From: Eledone cirrhosa
Taxonomy: Eukaryota
Direction of reading: 5' to 3'
NCBI GenBank assembly: GCA_964016885.1
Contig: OZ024741.1
Span: 163,928,001-163,992,000 of the forward strand
Length of the DNA: 64,000 bases
The position numbers and the translations under genes were made by a program. The notes under the pieces are model-generated. The model made no database searches. It was not told where the DNA came from and saw only the letters and a list, made by a program, of their open reading frames with translations. Below are positions 12,506 through 29,553 of the stretch, one piece after another (positions within the stretch are counted from its first letter, which is position 1; each line of letters opens with the position of its first letter).

Positions 12506-12827
12506 AGAGAGAGAAAGAGATTATATTATTTCTTAAACTCATATACGGCTGTGTAAATAATTACACTTGCATGTATGTAGAATATACGTTTGTTGGCTTC
12601 GAACAGCACTTCAATTTCAACTATAGCAACAACCTAGAGACCCGACATTTCGGTCGTGAGTTGCAGGTCTTAAATCTGTCTAAGCACCCACTTGAAAGAA
12701 TATGTCTGGATAGATCCCGAGGGTAACAGTATCATCGATTCGATGGAACACTGGAGAAGATATATATATGTATGCATGCATGTATATATGCGTGTGTGTG
12801 TGTATGAATGTATGTATGTATGTATGT

Positions 12828-13855
12828 CGGGTTACTCTTGAGTGCTACTGGTAACATGTAACCCAGTACAACCTGTCGCATGGTCGGGTCGTCGGCGACT
12901 AAACTGGCAACCCCACCAAGTTTACTTGGTGAGGAGGGTAATATTTGGACACCCTGCAGGACAAAAAACAAAACCTGACAAAGGGCGGAAGAACTCATAA
13001 GAGTCAACGGCCATCCAAAAGTGTGTAAATATGTATATACACATGTACCGCGCGGTGAAACGACTGGGAGTGAAGGACCCCTAGCCTTTTTCAGGGCATT
13101 CTTCTAGGAGAAGGCAACTCAGGAAACTGGGATAACTCCGATAATTTGCGGCTCAGTAGTTACCGATGATGTTGATATTTTCTTCTTTTCGGGTTATAGC
13201 TACTGTCGCTCAGAGAGTGGAACTGGCTCAGTGCACACTTTCCTCACTTTAAAAAATATCTTCACGCAGAGGCATTGCACGATAGAATTAAGTAATAATT
13301 ATATCGTGCAATGACCATACTCCATAACGAGGGGGCAGCCATCATGTATGTATGTGTGCTACTGGTAACATGTAACAAAGTACAACCTTATGGTTGGGTC
13401 GTCGGTGACTAAACCGGCAACCCCACCAAGCTAGCTTGGTGAGGAAGGTAATATTTGGACACCCTGCGGGATGAAATACATGACAAAGGGCGGAGGAATG
13501 TAACAGAGTCAACGGCCATCCAAATAGTACTTTTTTATTTTTATTTCACCTGGGAAGGAAAGGCCCCCAGTTGTTGTCACAACACCTTTCTAAGAGAGGG
13601 AAACTCTGAAAAAAACCTGCGGCTTCGGAAGCATCCGATGACCAGTTCTCCTTTTCGGGTAGTGTTTACGATGCCCAGAGAGTGGGGTTGGTCGAGTGCA
13701 AGGCCTTTCTCCACTTAAAAAACCTTCAAAGCACAGGCATTGCTTGTTCGGGATATGTTACAGGTTTGTGTGACTCTCCGTAGCCTAAAAGTGCACCAAA
13801 CTCTATAATCTGACAAGTGATTGCAATACTCTTAACAGAGTTTTCAGCCATCATG
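12828..13855 (+). mobile_element. Two tandem diverged copies (~515 bp) of a non-coding retroposon-like unit
   Basis: TGCTACTGGTAACATGTAAC...GGCAACCCCACCAAG...GGACACCCTGC...AGAGTCAACGGCCATCCAAA occurs at ~12843 and ~13357; both units end CAGCCATCATGTATGT. Confidence 0.75.
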
Positions 13856-13888
13856 TATGTGTGTGTATGTATTTGTGTGTATGTGTGT

Positions 13889-13936
<48 letters not shown>

Positions 13937-14514
13937 TTGTGTGGGGGGGGGGTGCATGTGTGTGTGTGTGTGTGTGTGTGAATGTTATTCTGGTATTATC
14001 ATTTCATAAATTTCCACCAATCGAGAAAGAGGTGGTTTGTAATATAGAAAAAAATGTCTTTCATTGGAATTTAGAGAACATCAACTAATCAAATACTCAT
14101 GTATGTCCGTATGTATGTTGTGTGTGTAGGAATGGTTCCTATTGCATGTGTGGATCCGTATATTTTGAATTTTGTGTGTACATATGCATATGTTTCTGTA
14201 TCTATACATGTGTATATGAAGTTATTACTTTCTGAATTTCTGAAATGTTTTACATATGTTTACAGTCCCATTAATTGACTGTACTTACGACTTCCTAATT
14301 AGCCGTGCTCTTTCTGGTTTGGTGAAACACAGCTTCTCCAGATTTCTACTGAGGCAGTTAGTAACTTATCTAAGTGCCTCAATGATCACAAGTACATGTC
14401 AAAAGTTATCGTCAGGGTGGAGTATCAGCAGATTCTTCATTAGTTCTGTATAAATATTTTCCTTTTAGTTAATCTATAGCATTGAATTAACATCTTCTGG
14501 ACAACTAATTTACA

Positions 14515-14621
14515 TACCATATTTCCCGGCGCCGAAGACGCTTCGTCCTCGAGGACGCATGGTTGATTTTTGAGACTTATTTTAGGAAAAAAGTAGCGTC
14601 TTCGACGCCGGAAATACGGTT
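14515..14621. mobile_element. Tc1/pogo-type MITE
   Basis: Imperfect ~27-bp TIRs TACCATATTTCCCGGCGCCGAAGACGCT / AGCGTCTTCGACGCCGGAAATACGGT. Confidence 0.7.
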
Positions 14622-15375
14622 TATTATATTTTTCTAACTTCTTTTTTATTTTCCGTGATACAACATACACAGTGCTACGTCTTAAACAGTAGCATATATT
14701 CCTTACTTTGCGCTGTTTTTTTCCCTTTGATTACTTTACCGGTTACCGTCATTTGACTGTAGCCATCCTAGGACACATTAATCTATGGTTTTAATCCGAT
14801 ATATCGACTCTGCTTCTAGTTTCAGTTTGTTTGGTCGGATGAGCACTCGGGACTCACCAACATCATTTTTCTCCCGTGAGAATCATGGATGTACCACACC
14901 ATATAGATGAGTATTGTTGCAATTGTCTTTAGACGCTGAACCTCAGCAATGAGGGTGGGAATAGATTAAACAAAAGTTGTTCCAGTCACGTACTTATTTG
15001 GTCAATCTTTGTTTACATTTTTGGCTCATTTATCATTGGACATTAAGGGGCACAGTTCGATTACCATCGTACACCGGTATATACAAACATAATCACACAC
15101 ACATAAACAAAAACCCCACCCCCACATAGACATGTACACACACACACACACACAGACACACACACACACACACATGTATATATGAATATATATATATATA
15201 TAAAAGAAGGTATAAACCAGACCGCGACGCATAGCGGTTTCTGCTTGTATATAGCAAGCCTTTCTCAAGGGTATACCTTCCTTTATACTCTCTCTGCTTT
15301 TTCCCATACGTAGAGTACTACCCTGTTTTGTGCTCTCCCCGGTTTCGACATTGCAGACTTTCATACATACAAACC

Positions 15376-16310
<935 letters not shown>

Positions 16311-16482
16311 ATATATATAAAGAAAAGACTTCTTTTTTAAATATATATTTATTTGGTTTCTTTACCGGTTTCGCAGTTCTTCTGCTTTTCAAAACTAGAA
16401 TTGAAATGGAGGGTTTGTGGTTTTTCTGACATCTGTTTAGTTTGTGATTTTTTTCACACATATATATATTTATTTATTTATT

Positions 16483-16566
<84 letters not shown>

Positions 16567-16797
16567 TCGAACTGGTTTTAATCGATTAAAGCTCTCAGCA
16601 GGTCATTTAAAAACACACGCGTTACACGATCTTTTTTTTTTTTAAATATAAACACTACATATTACACCAAGAATGGATGTCGGTTAGTATAAATACACAC
16701 TTTTAATACTAAATATCCAATTCACGTTAAAGCTTTGGGTGCTGAAACGTGTCATCTGTAATAATTAGAATTACTCATCAACTGGCTATATATATAA

Positions 16798-16887
16798 CAA
16801 TATATATATAATATAATATAATATAATATAATATAATATAATATAATATAATATAATATAATATAATATAATATAATATAATATAAT
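16798..16887. repeat. (TATAA)n pentanucleotide microsatellite
   Basis: Direct reading of the sequence. Confidence 0.95.
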
Positions 16888-17067
16888 AAATCACATAGAT
16901 GCACCACGTTCGTAGTTGACGGATCAATATTTATTAGGTAACTGACATGTGCTTCGTCGATAAGTAGGTGAGCATATCTAGAATCACCGATCCGATGGGT
17001 TTTTGTCAGAAAAATTGATTTCCAATACTTTGCGTCAGCACTGTGACAAATCGACTCCTCAAAGTTT

Positions 17068-17157
<90 letters not shown>

Positions 17158-17202
17158 GGTTTAGGAATAACCAAAGAGTGCTTAGAAATACATTGTTTTA
17201 TT

Positions 17203-17250
17203 AGCTAACAGTGTTTCATCCGTACCCTAAGGCAGGAATCATCAGACCCT
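17203..17250 (-). ncRNA. Hammerhead ribozyme (inverted pLTR copy)
   Basis: Minus strand CTGATGA-tTCC TGCC ttag GGTA c GGAt-GAAA-CACTG-TT-AGCT. Confidence 0.7.
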
Positions 17251-18431
17251 ATAAATAAGAGTATATCATAGTTGCATGCTCCATCAGGCTGCGTCACCGA
17301 CGCAGATTACAACCTCCGGATTCAGTAATCTACACGAAAACCACGTGGCGGACATGTAAATAACTTTGTTGTCATTGACAGTTTTAGCCGTGAGTTTTCT
17401 GTGTTTTTTACAGAAATTTGCACCCACTCTAATAAACCCACTTATTATTGTAACCACATCTGCTTTTCCTCCACTCTGCCATGGGTAATTCTGGAAGCGG
17501 AGTTCTCTGTACACACCTTCTGTTTATGTGACGGAATAGCCATCACGATTTACATTTACAGTGGTATAATTGTATACGGTATGACAATTTGTTTCGATGC
17601 CGATTTGGCCTTACAGTGAATTTCACTTGGGACGTTGGATTGACTTAACGAACGTGAGGACTTTGGGAGATTGCAGTTATTGCGGACCTATCGTATTTTC
17701 AATTTCCTCACTGGAGTGCCGGCTGTACATATACCCTACCTCTCTTCAACTCATCGTATTTTATTTTATTTTATTTTAGATTTAGGGATTTATCGCTGAC
17801 TGCCTATCCGGATAAATCCCCGAAGTATATGTTTTTGAAACACAGTGTTACTTCGCCTAACGTTCGGAACTGGAACCAATGGACGTTGTTCGTAGGGTGC
17901 TGATAAGATACGGAGGATCGACCTATTACAAGGCGGTATAACCTTCCTATAGACAATCCTACGCCAACTATCCTCCTCACAGACCCATGCGTGCAAGATC
18001 TCTTAATCTGCCTGTACATCCTGTATCTACACTGCTTGTGCTTTGATGCATCTATGCCTTGATTTGTTTGTTTATTTTTGTGTTTTGCTTCTGCGTTTTT
18101 TATTGTTTTTTATTTATTTATTTTTTAATTGTTTTTGATCATGCTGATTAACACCTTCACTCATTCCCTACTACCCTCTCCCAACCTCCTTGTCATCTAT
18201 TGCACCATGTAAATGATAAATTTTTGATGTGATCTTTAATGTAATTTTTTATGACATTTTTTATGACATTTTTTATGACGTTTTTTATGACATTTTATGA
18301 CAGTATATGCGTCATGAATTGTGTTTGTTTCTATTTAGCGCTAGCCTCGGGACCCCCCTGCTGGCCCCTTAACCTTGTTCTGGTGACGCAGCCTGATGGA
18401 GCATGCAACTATTGATATACTCTTGTTTATA

Positions 18432-18478
18432 GGCTCTGATGATTCCTGCCTTAGGGTACTGATGAAACACTGTTAGCT
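18432..18478 (+). ncRNA. Hammerhead ribozyme
   Basis: GGCT-CTGATGA(18436-42)...GAAA(18464-67)-CACTG-TT-AGCT, followed directly by AATAAA. Confidence 0.75.
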
Positions 18479-18720
18479 AATAAAACAATGTATTTCTAAG
18501 CACTCTTTGGTTATTCCTAAACCTATAACGGCTCTGTAGTATACCAGTTATCCTACATTGAGCTAAAACCACACTGCATACCAAGGGCAATATATCTGCG
18601 TGTCTGGTCACATTGATATATTTGTCAACGAAACTATATATATATATATATATATATATTAAAATAACAGATTAAAGTATAAGCAAAGAATCGCTGCTTT
18701 CTCCCGTCTTCACATTTGTT

Positions 18721-18775
<55 letters not shown>

Positions 18776-18984
18776 TAGAGAAGTGGTTACACTTGTTGTG
18801 TAACCACTTCTACCTAACTCGTCCCATGGACTGAGTGCTCTACCACTACGGATATTACCTTCCAGTGTTCTACCACTATATATATATATGTATATTTATA
18901 TCGACAGTCGATCGACTTTTTTGTCAAATCGGACCGAGGAAACAATGTTTCCATTGGTCTTTCCAATTGCTAATATTATCTATC

Positions 18985-19122
18985 GGTCGCAACTCTAGGT
19001 AGAAGGAGCAACATGAAATAACCTGTCTTGCTCAAGGACATAGCGCATTACCCGGTCCTGGAATCGAACTCACAGCCTCACGATTGCGAATCCAATTTTC
19101 TAACCACTCAGCCACGCGCCTT
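18985..19122 (-). mobile_element. tRNA-derived SINE 5' part
   Basis: Minus strand GAAGGCGCGTGGCTGAGTGGTTAG...GAGTTCGATTCC; same head as 63935-64000. Confidence 0.7.
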
Positions 19123-19189
19123 CATATATATAAATGTATATATATATATGTGTGTGTGTGTGTGTATGTGTGTGTGTGTATTATAGTTA

Positions 19190-21210
<2,021 letters not shown>

Positions 21211-21346
21211 TATAGTAATAATAATAAATGTGAAGACTAAAGTCCGAAGAGAGCTCGTTAATGGTGAAAACAGCGATTATTTGCTGAAACTTTAATCTGT
21301 TGTTTTTCATATTTTTTATCTATAACATCTCTATCTGACGAACGAT

Positions 21347-21394
<48 letters not shown>

Positions 21395-21399
21395 GTATA

Positions 21400-21970
21400 A
21401 TTGGTGTGGGATGCTTAAAGCGTCCGTAAGCGGTAGGCCGTTTGAGCACTCGATGCTCTTACAGAGCAGAGTATGATATCACATAAGAAACGGAGAGTCA
21501 GTATTGCGATGAAAAGAATGTATTGGATAGATTACAATCGTTTCTCTGGCGACCAGCTCGAGGCACGATCGATGTAATGATTGAACCTGACTCAGATATG
21601 TCTCGATTCTACGAAGCAGAGTTTCCAAATGTCCAGTTACACTCGCGGCCTTCACACGGCATCTTAGATCCTGTCATAGAATGACAACAACAGGATCTAA
21701 GATGCCGAGTGAAGGCGGCATGTGTAACTTGACATTTGGAAACTCTGCTTCGTAGAATCGAAACATATCTGAGGACCTTGCGATTTCAGAGTCAGATCGA
21801 CACAATGATCGCGTCTCGAGCTGTCCGCCGGCGAAACAATTGTAACACACAATAAATTGAGTTCAGATGCATCACTGATTTTTCGTTTTCTATTCTATCA
21901 TACTCTGCTCTGTAAGAGCATAGAGTGCTCAACTGGCATACCGCTTATGGAAGCATCTTAGCTACCAACA
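21400..21970. repeat. ~570-bp imperfect palindrome (fold-back element)
   Basis: Arms pair around a centre at ~21682 (ATCTTAGATCCTGT...ACAGGATCTAAGAT); right arm has CTGAGGA 21769 ... GAAA-CAATTG-TA 21833-21844. Confidence 0.85.
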
Positions 21971-22036
21971 GACACATATATATATAGAGAGAGAGAGATA
22001 GAGGGGGGAGCGAGAGAGAGAGGGGGGAGAGACAGC

Positions 22037-22084
<48 letters not shown>

Positions 22085-24180
22085 AAGAAAGAGACAATCT
22101 TCTACAGTCTCGTCTACCAAATTGCGTTCAATACATTAATTTACCCGAGGCTACAATAGCAGGTATCAAAATTGCACGCCTATAGCTACATATATAAGGG
22201 TGTTTTGTTTTGGAAAAGTAAAATTGTATAGTTGAATTATTGTATCATACATAAACTCTTTATCTTGTTATGTTACAATAGCGTGTACGATGACATTCGA
22301 TTTCTTAACCTCAAATAGCTGCTACAGTAACATTACCAAAATTATCATGAATCTGATTAATTTAAGGAGTTTTTTCACTACTGTTCCTATAACTCACTGC
22401 TCTAAAAACTATTGTGTTTAGCCTTGGAAATTTATTGAATAAAAGTTAATCCAATTTATGTAGTCGTCATTTCCTAAAGCTTAGTTTTAAATTCATAAAA
22501 TCATCAAGCAATGTATTCTGTATAGAATGGTGATTTCGAACTCTTACAAATGAGAATCTTACAGCGTTAACTTTGTAGCAATTCTATTATTCCATCAGCA
22601 TAGTTTATTAACATTTTTGTTTTTAGTTTATAAATGAATTTTCGTTGTTTTTATCAAGCTAAAGTGAATGCTAAAAAATATTATACATTTTAGTTCATAT
22701 AGATATGAGATTAAAAGTTTCTACTTTAAAAGCGTGCTTCATTTCTTATATGTGTATTTAAATATAATATATATGTGCGACATATTTATATTTTTGTATT
22801 TGCGTATCTCTATGTTTCTTTCAGAATTTCGCTGACGATTATACTTCCCCGTTTGTATGTTTAACAAATGGAGCTTCATGCAGTTGTTTTCAACTTTAAA
22901 AACTGTTCTGCGTAAGACATATATTTTTGATTAAATATCAAATATTAGTTTATTTTTTGTTTCCTTATTCTGAAAATTCCATAATACGTATTCTTTTCAA
23001 ATACATTGTATATACCATATCTTCTACTTTCGTATTTATCCGTAAATATTTCTCATAAACGTCGAGTAGAATTTTTAATTAGTATAGTTTAAGTTATTCA
23101 ACTAAATTATGTTGTGGCATTAGTTCCGGCTCTCTGCACTCTGAGTTCACATCCCAACGAAATCAGCATTGTCGTTTCGAAATCGATACAAAAGTACCAG
23201 TCCAGTACTGGGGTGGATTCATCTATATCTCTTCCTCACTTTCTTTTTCAGCTGCTTTCATGCCTGAAAAGGGAATGGGCTTTGCAAAGTTTAAACGACA
23301 CCCACGAAGCACCGTATGCTACTACGGTGCCTCCACGACTTCATCAGAAGTTGGCAGATCGAAATGCATATCTGTCAACTCTCCCTGTCCGACGGGGTGA
23401 TTTGCAATATCCTTTGGTGTGGGTGAGAAATGTTTTCTCTTGTGAAAATGGCTATACCTTCCCTGTTTGGGGGCACTTTTTCATTGTACTCTCTGTTTGG
23501 GTTTTTATAAGTTGGAAGGTCTGGAAATGGTATCAGTTTACCGATTTGTATTTTCTCAGCGGTACTACAAAATAGTGTTGAGTAGTGTATATTTAGTAAA
23601 TTTGTTAATATTATTATATTCCCCTATGTCTCTCTATTTATCATTATAGTCAATCTGTTGAAGCATTTACTGAAAGGATAATGCAGCATTATTCAGCTAT
23701 ATTCTTACAAATTAAATATTCTCGTTAAATATTCTCTTGGATTTTCGGCTCCTTTCTACACAACAATATAAACAGTCAGTACTATTACTATGTTGAATAT
23801 TGATATATTGTTGTCATTTTTATTTATGAAATTTATCAGTGGTAGTATGTCTGTATGTATAAGTAATGTTTGTACAAAGACATGTCGAGGTTTATAAAAC
23901 TGGCTGAGTAGTCCAACAAAATTCCTTTACATTCTGAGTTCAAATATTGCTAAGGCCACTTTATGCCTGTCATCCATTTGAATTGGATACAACAGTCAAA
24001 ATATTAGGGTCGATTAAACACACATAACTCCACTCCCCATCCAACCCCAAAAAGCAATACTTTCATTTTGTTTATATTAGAACTTGCTATTACTATTATA
24101 ATGATTTCTAATCTACGTATATGGCTAATAAATGGTTGAGGGTAAAGTCGATTAAACTGACTCCAGTACTTAGTAGACAC

Positions 24181-25047
24181 GTGGATTGGCAGTATCGGTA
24201 GAGGGTCGGACGCCATGCTTTGCAGCACAGTTACGTCCCTTTGCGGACTGAGTTCAAAACCCGAGTTCATCTTTAAGGGGTCGATAAAATAAAGTACCAG
24301 TAATACACTGGGATAATTGCTGGCCTTGTGCCAACAGTAGAAACAATTATTTTATCGACCCCCTGAAAGTTGACCTCGGCGGAATTTCAAACTCAGAGTG
24401 TTTACTTTTTTCTGAGTTAAAATCAGCAGAAGTTAGCTTTGCCTTTCATCCTTAAAAGGTCGTAAAATAAAATACCAATAACGCACTGGGGTAGATTTAA
24501 TCGGTTTTCCTCTCCTCTAAAATTGTTGGCCTTGTGCCTAAATGAGAAATCTAGAGGGTTGGACGCCATGCTTTCTAGCATAGTTACGTCCCTTTACAGT
24601 CTGAGTTCAAATCCCGCCGAGGTTAACTTTGCCTTTCATCCTTACGGGGTCGATAAAATAAAGTACCAGTAATGTACTGGGTAATTGCTGGCCTTGTGCC
24701 TAAAGTAGAAACAATTATTACTATTATAAATCAATGACTGTTATTTGCCTATTCACCCAAGGCGACTTCACTTTTTAGTAGGACTTCTGCATCAATTGGT
24801 GAACATACGACGAAACTGTTTCAGAAAGGATGGATACACATGCCAATCTATGTTTAGGATCCCGAGCAACGCCGGGCCAGGGTCAGACGTCATGCTTTGC
24901 CGCATAGAGTTACGGCCCTTTCCATTCCGAGTTCAAATCCCGCCGAGGTCAACTTTGCCTTTCATCCTTACGGGGTCGATAAAATAAAGTACGAGTAATG
25001 TACTGGATGATTGCTGGCCTTGTGCCAAAAGTAGAAACAATTATTAT
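24181..25047 (+). mobile_element. Cluster of at least four SINE copies (Nin/Deu-like family), plus a short inverted fragment and a Helitron-like fragment
   Basis: Family consensus at ~24181-24351, 24412-24550, 24553-24720, 24880-25047; CCCGAGCAACGCCGGG hairpin at ~24861-24876. Confidence 0.85.
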
Positions 25048-25444
25048 AACTCAATGAGTGGCAGAACCAGTAAAGGCATGTGTAAAAATTTCTTTCAGTA
25101 TTGAGTGACATAACCAACGTTGTTTCTAAATTTCTTCAACAACTCTGCGCTAAGTTTGATGCTTTAAGCAAAACTATTTTAACTACAAACCTATTGTGGG
25201 CAATATTTCAAAGATACATTTTTATGTGCGCGGTACCAATACAGGAACTGCGGCATTTATTGTATCGAATCACAGGTCACGTGATACAAACAAACGGTAA
25301 TCACATACACGCACACATACATACACACGCACACATACACATACACACACACACACACACGTACACATGCACATATATATATGTATATATAAATATATAT
25401 ATATGTGTGTGTGTGCGTGGTAGAGTGTGTGTGTGTATGCACGA

Positions 25445-25605
25445 TGGGCTTCCACAGAGGTTCAGTCTACTAAATGTTACTTACAAAGCATTGATCAACT
25501 CGAGGCTGCAGTAGAAAACACTTACCCAAGGTGTCACGCAGTGGGACGGAATCCGAAGCCACGAGGTTTTGAAGCGAACTTCTTATCCAGACAAACCTGT
25601 GCCTA
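25445..25605 (-). mobile_element. Diverged CORE-like SINE fragment
   Basis: ACACTTACCCAAGGTGTCACGCAGTGGGAC resembles the CORE domain in antisense; related fragment at ~22100-22160. Confidence 0.5.
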
Positions 25606-26100
25606 TTATTGTGGAAGAAAATATATAAATTGTTGGTGATAAAAACATTCATGTATTGATCGAATCCATTATTTCCCTATCTGAATTTCAATTTTTTTTA
25701 CTGTACTGAAGAATAATTGAGATAAATAAAGAAAGGCATTAAGACCTAAGAGAATATTTAATCTTATCAAATAATTATATAACATTACCTTAATTAAAAC
25801 CACAATATTTTAAGCTTTGATTCATATCTTGATTTAAATCGATCGTTAAATCGTGTAGAATAGAAGAATATCAGTCATCTTGAGAGATTATCTAATAATG
25901 GAAAATGTTGACTGTCTAAGAAGCATCGGAAATATTTAGCCAATCCGACTAGTTTGATCAACATCTTATCAGTCACTGATGATTGAATTTCAGCTAACAC
26001 ATACACCCACACATATACACCTACACATATACACCTACACATATAAACACACATATATACACATGCACACGCACATACACACATATATGCCCAGGCATAT

Positions 26101-26173
<73 letters not shown>

Positions 26174-27939
26174 CACGCACACACACACATACACACACAA
26201 ACACACACATAACTATGATGGCAACCGTTTTCATATTAGATATTTGTTAATTGCTTATTAAATATTTTGTTTATTTTCAATGATCACTGAAAGTAAATTT
26301 TCATGTAAGGCCTTGGAAATAAAAATTTAATAACAGAAGAAAGTGTATTGGTATACTAAGATGAGATTCTCAACAAATTCAATCAGAGACGCTAAACCAC
26401 GAGAAGTGTTGGAGCGCCGGACAAAATCCTCGGATTTTTGCATTCTAAGTTCAAATAACACCGAGGTTAACTTTGTCTTTCACTCTTCCCGGGTTGATAA
26501 ATATGATACCAATCTAGAGTGTTTAACTGGCGGAATTGTTAGAGTGTCATACGAAATCCCTTGTGGTATTTTTTTCGACTCTTTCCATTCTGAGTTCAAA
26601 TCGCACTGTGGCCTGTTTGGGTAACACCAACACTCCCTTGCCATCGGGTACCCACTCGACAGAGTCCACTTTGTTGCAAGTGTTCGAACCAAGTTTCCGC
26701 TTTTGGGGTACCTTCGTCCGTCCCTTCTTACCAGTCTTGGATGCTCCTTACAGAATCATGGGTACTCTCTTTCTCCCTGGCTGAAGCAGTAGAAGATACT
26801 TTTTTCTTTCCAATTTTGCATTTGTTCTTTATATATTATTTGTTACATTTACGCTACCTATGTAATTTCTAATCCCCTATATTAGTATCAGTTGACTCTC
26901 CCTGAGAGTTACGTTATGGTACACGTGTCTGTAGAATACTGAACCACTTACAGGCTAATTTAATGAGTAAATAGTTTATTTGATCGAATAACTGAATGCT
27001 CATCGTCGAAACCGAAAAAGGATCCATCAAGCTTTCATTTACTGGAATCTATGCAAGCATTATAGTACACCCACAAAACATATTTTTACAAACGCGTTCA
27101 GAGATTTCAGCCATTGCTGTCTTTCTAATTATCCATTTTCGTTTTTGTCCCATTTAATTTGTTACGGTTTTGTTGAATTGTCTCCATCCTACTCTTGAGT
27201 ATTTTATACCACAATCCTGTTTTTTTTTTGTTTTTTTTTTAGTCAGAAAACAGACGTTTGCTATACTAACGCTTTGTAGATATTGGTATTGTTCATTCCT
27301 ATTACATATATGTGTAGTCCTTCAGTAGATTTTTTTGTAATGAATTTCCAGTTACACTATAAAACATCAATAAACTCACAAACAGAAAAACAAAATCAAC
27401 GACAGGAAATACCCACAATCACAAAAAGAAAACATGACATGAAAATAAACAACAGCTAAACCCTCTACTACACCAACAAACAACGCAACAACAGGAATAG
27501 ACACAAATACAACAAACTCAGTAAAAACATAAAACGAACAGGAGCAGCAGCACCACTGCTAACAGCCAAATACAAAAGAAACGTTTCGCTATAACTTCAC
27601 TGGTATACAGAAACGTAATTAGCTGAATACATAAAGCAACTCAACAACAGAATGCAAACAAAAGTTAAGAACTTTGACGAGCTCGTTCTAAAATACCCAG
27701 CAGATTGTGTGTGTCACACTTTGACCTTCAACTTCTATATTTTCACGATTAACTTTGTAGAAAAGAGTGTTTCCTAGAAATCAGATGACAAACATTTCCA
27801 TTTAAATGCTAAGTTTTGTAATCGTTTTTATAACAAATATTATTGTATGTTGGAAGGCCCATGTTGCTAATCAAAACAAACACACACACATACACCGACT
27901 GAATTTCTCTTCGGCTTTATTATAAATCAGGTAATTAGG

Positions 27940-28095
27940 GTCATAGATTGGTAGAATAGTTAGGGCATCGGTTGAAGTATTTGCAGCATTCGTTCCTCCC
28001 TTTTATGTTCTGAGTTCAAATCCCATCGAGATCAACTTTGCCTTTCACCCTTCTGGGTCGATTATATAAAATACCAGTCAAGTATCGAGATCGAC
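27940..28095 (+). mobile_element. SINE copy (Nin/Deu-like family)
   Basis: CTGAGTTCAAATCCC...CTTTGCCTTTCACCCTTCTGGGTCGAT. Confidence 0.75.
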
Positions 28096-29438
28096 TCTTG
28101 GGAGCTGAAAGCAGCTGGTGGAGACAGCAATACCAAACCTACACAGGAATAACTTTATCCAGGTTTTTGGTGAACTTGATAGAAACGTGAATGATGCATG
28201 TGATTTTGAAACTTCTCCCCATCAAATTTCAGATCCGTTAATTTTAATATTGCTGGTTTGTGAAATTTCAGATTATTTAGGTTTCTTTCAACAGCACAAG
28301 ATGTCTACAACAGCCTATTAATGATTTTAATGATTTTAATTAACAATTACAGAAAGTAGCTTATGATCGTGGATATGCAAAATTCTTTTTTCCTTCATCA
28401 TCTCATCCCTGAATTATTTGTACCAGATATATTAGTATGTTTTAATTACCCTCAGACAATGTCAACAACAAACGACTGATAACTTCAAACAATCGAAATT
28501 AAACACTGAAACAAAAGTAACAACATGCTTTTAACACCTTAACAGATGGCATATCAAGAAATAAACTAATTTCCGTTCTTTTATTTCCTGGGGTCCTGGT
28601 GAGTCCAATAAAATATATTTCAATAGAAAACTTAGAAGCATTTTAGAAAGAATTACCTGTCACTGTTGAAGCATTGTTCGCCAAAAGAGGTTCCATATCT
28701 CATTCAACTTATTTCAATATACATTGACAGGGATTTTGTTTGCAGTATTGTTGTTAATATGAAACTGGCCAAAAAGCACCACAAATGCACCACAAATGTC
28801 GATATTATGAAGTGGTTAATCGTAAATATCATGATTTTATTCAAAAGCTTGATGTTTCAATGGGATTTTCGACAAACACTTCCTGTCTTCAAGAAAGCTG
28901 GCACAACTTCTATGAAGAACATAGTTAGGACCCATTCTTAATTTCGGAAGAGAATGCTGAAACTGAAATGTAACATGAATATGCCATTAAATATTAAGAG
29001 ATATTTTATAGAATCAGCTTGAAAAATATATCAAGATTTTTGGCATCTTATTAGTTCCTGCAACCTTGACAGACTAAGCTATACTGCTTACTATCAATAT
29101 ACTGTTGATTCTATAAATGAAACAATCAGCAATATATCTGAAATAGAAACGGTCACATATAAAAGCATTCATTTCTTCAATCATAAAAGACAATGTTTCT
29201 AAACAGATGTACCTTATGGGAAATATTTTGACCTTCTCCACTTATTATTGTTCCTTTGTTCTTTTAAATATGCCAGACATTAGACGACGGACAATGCTTA
29301 TGTGTTTCAAATCTAATAATTATTGCATCGATCTATTGTGTGGAACCGCTAACTGACACAAACACAAACACGAACAGAGAAACAGACAGACAGACGCAGA
29401 CACAGACACACACAGACACACACACACAGACACACACA

Positions 29439-29553
<115 letters not shown>

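Larger units (their letters stand above)
17153..18635 (+). mobile_element. 5'-truncated PLE with inverted pLTR
   Basis: 17153-17300 is the reverse complement of 18382-18527, each with a hammerhead; 17650-17692 translates EREDFGRLQLLRTY, resembling a GIY-YIG C-terminus. Confidence 0.7.

Noticed and set aside
27340-29100. Possible host exons or PLE remnants (LAEYIKQL at ~27620; ORFs at 28118 and 28666)
   Set aside because: Too degenerate; no consistent frame, splice pair or diagnostic motif.
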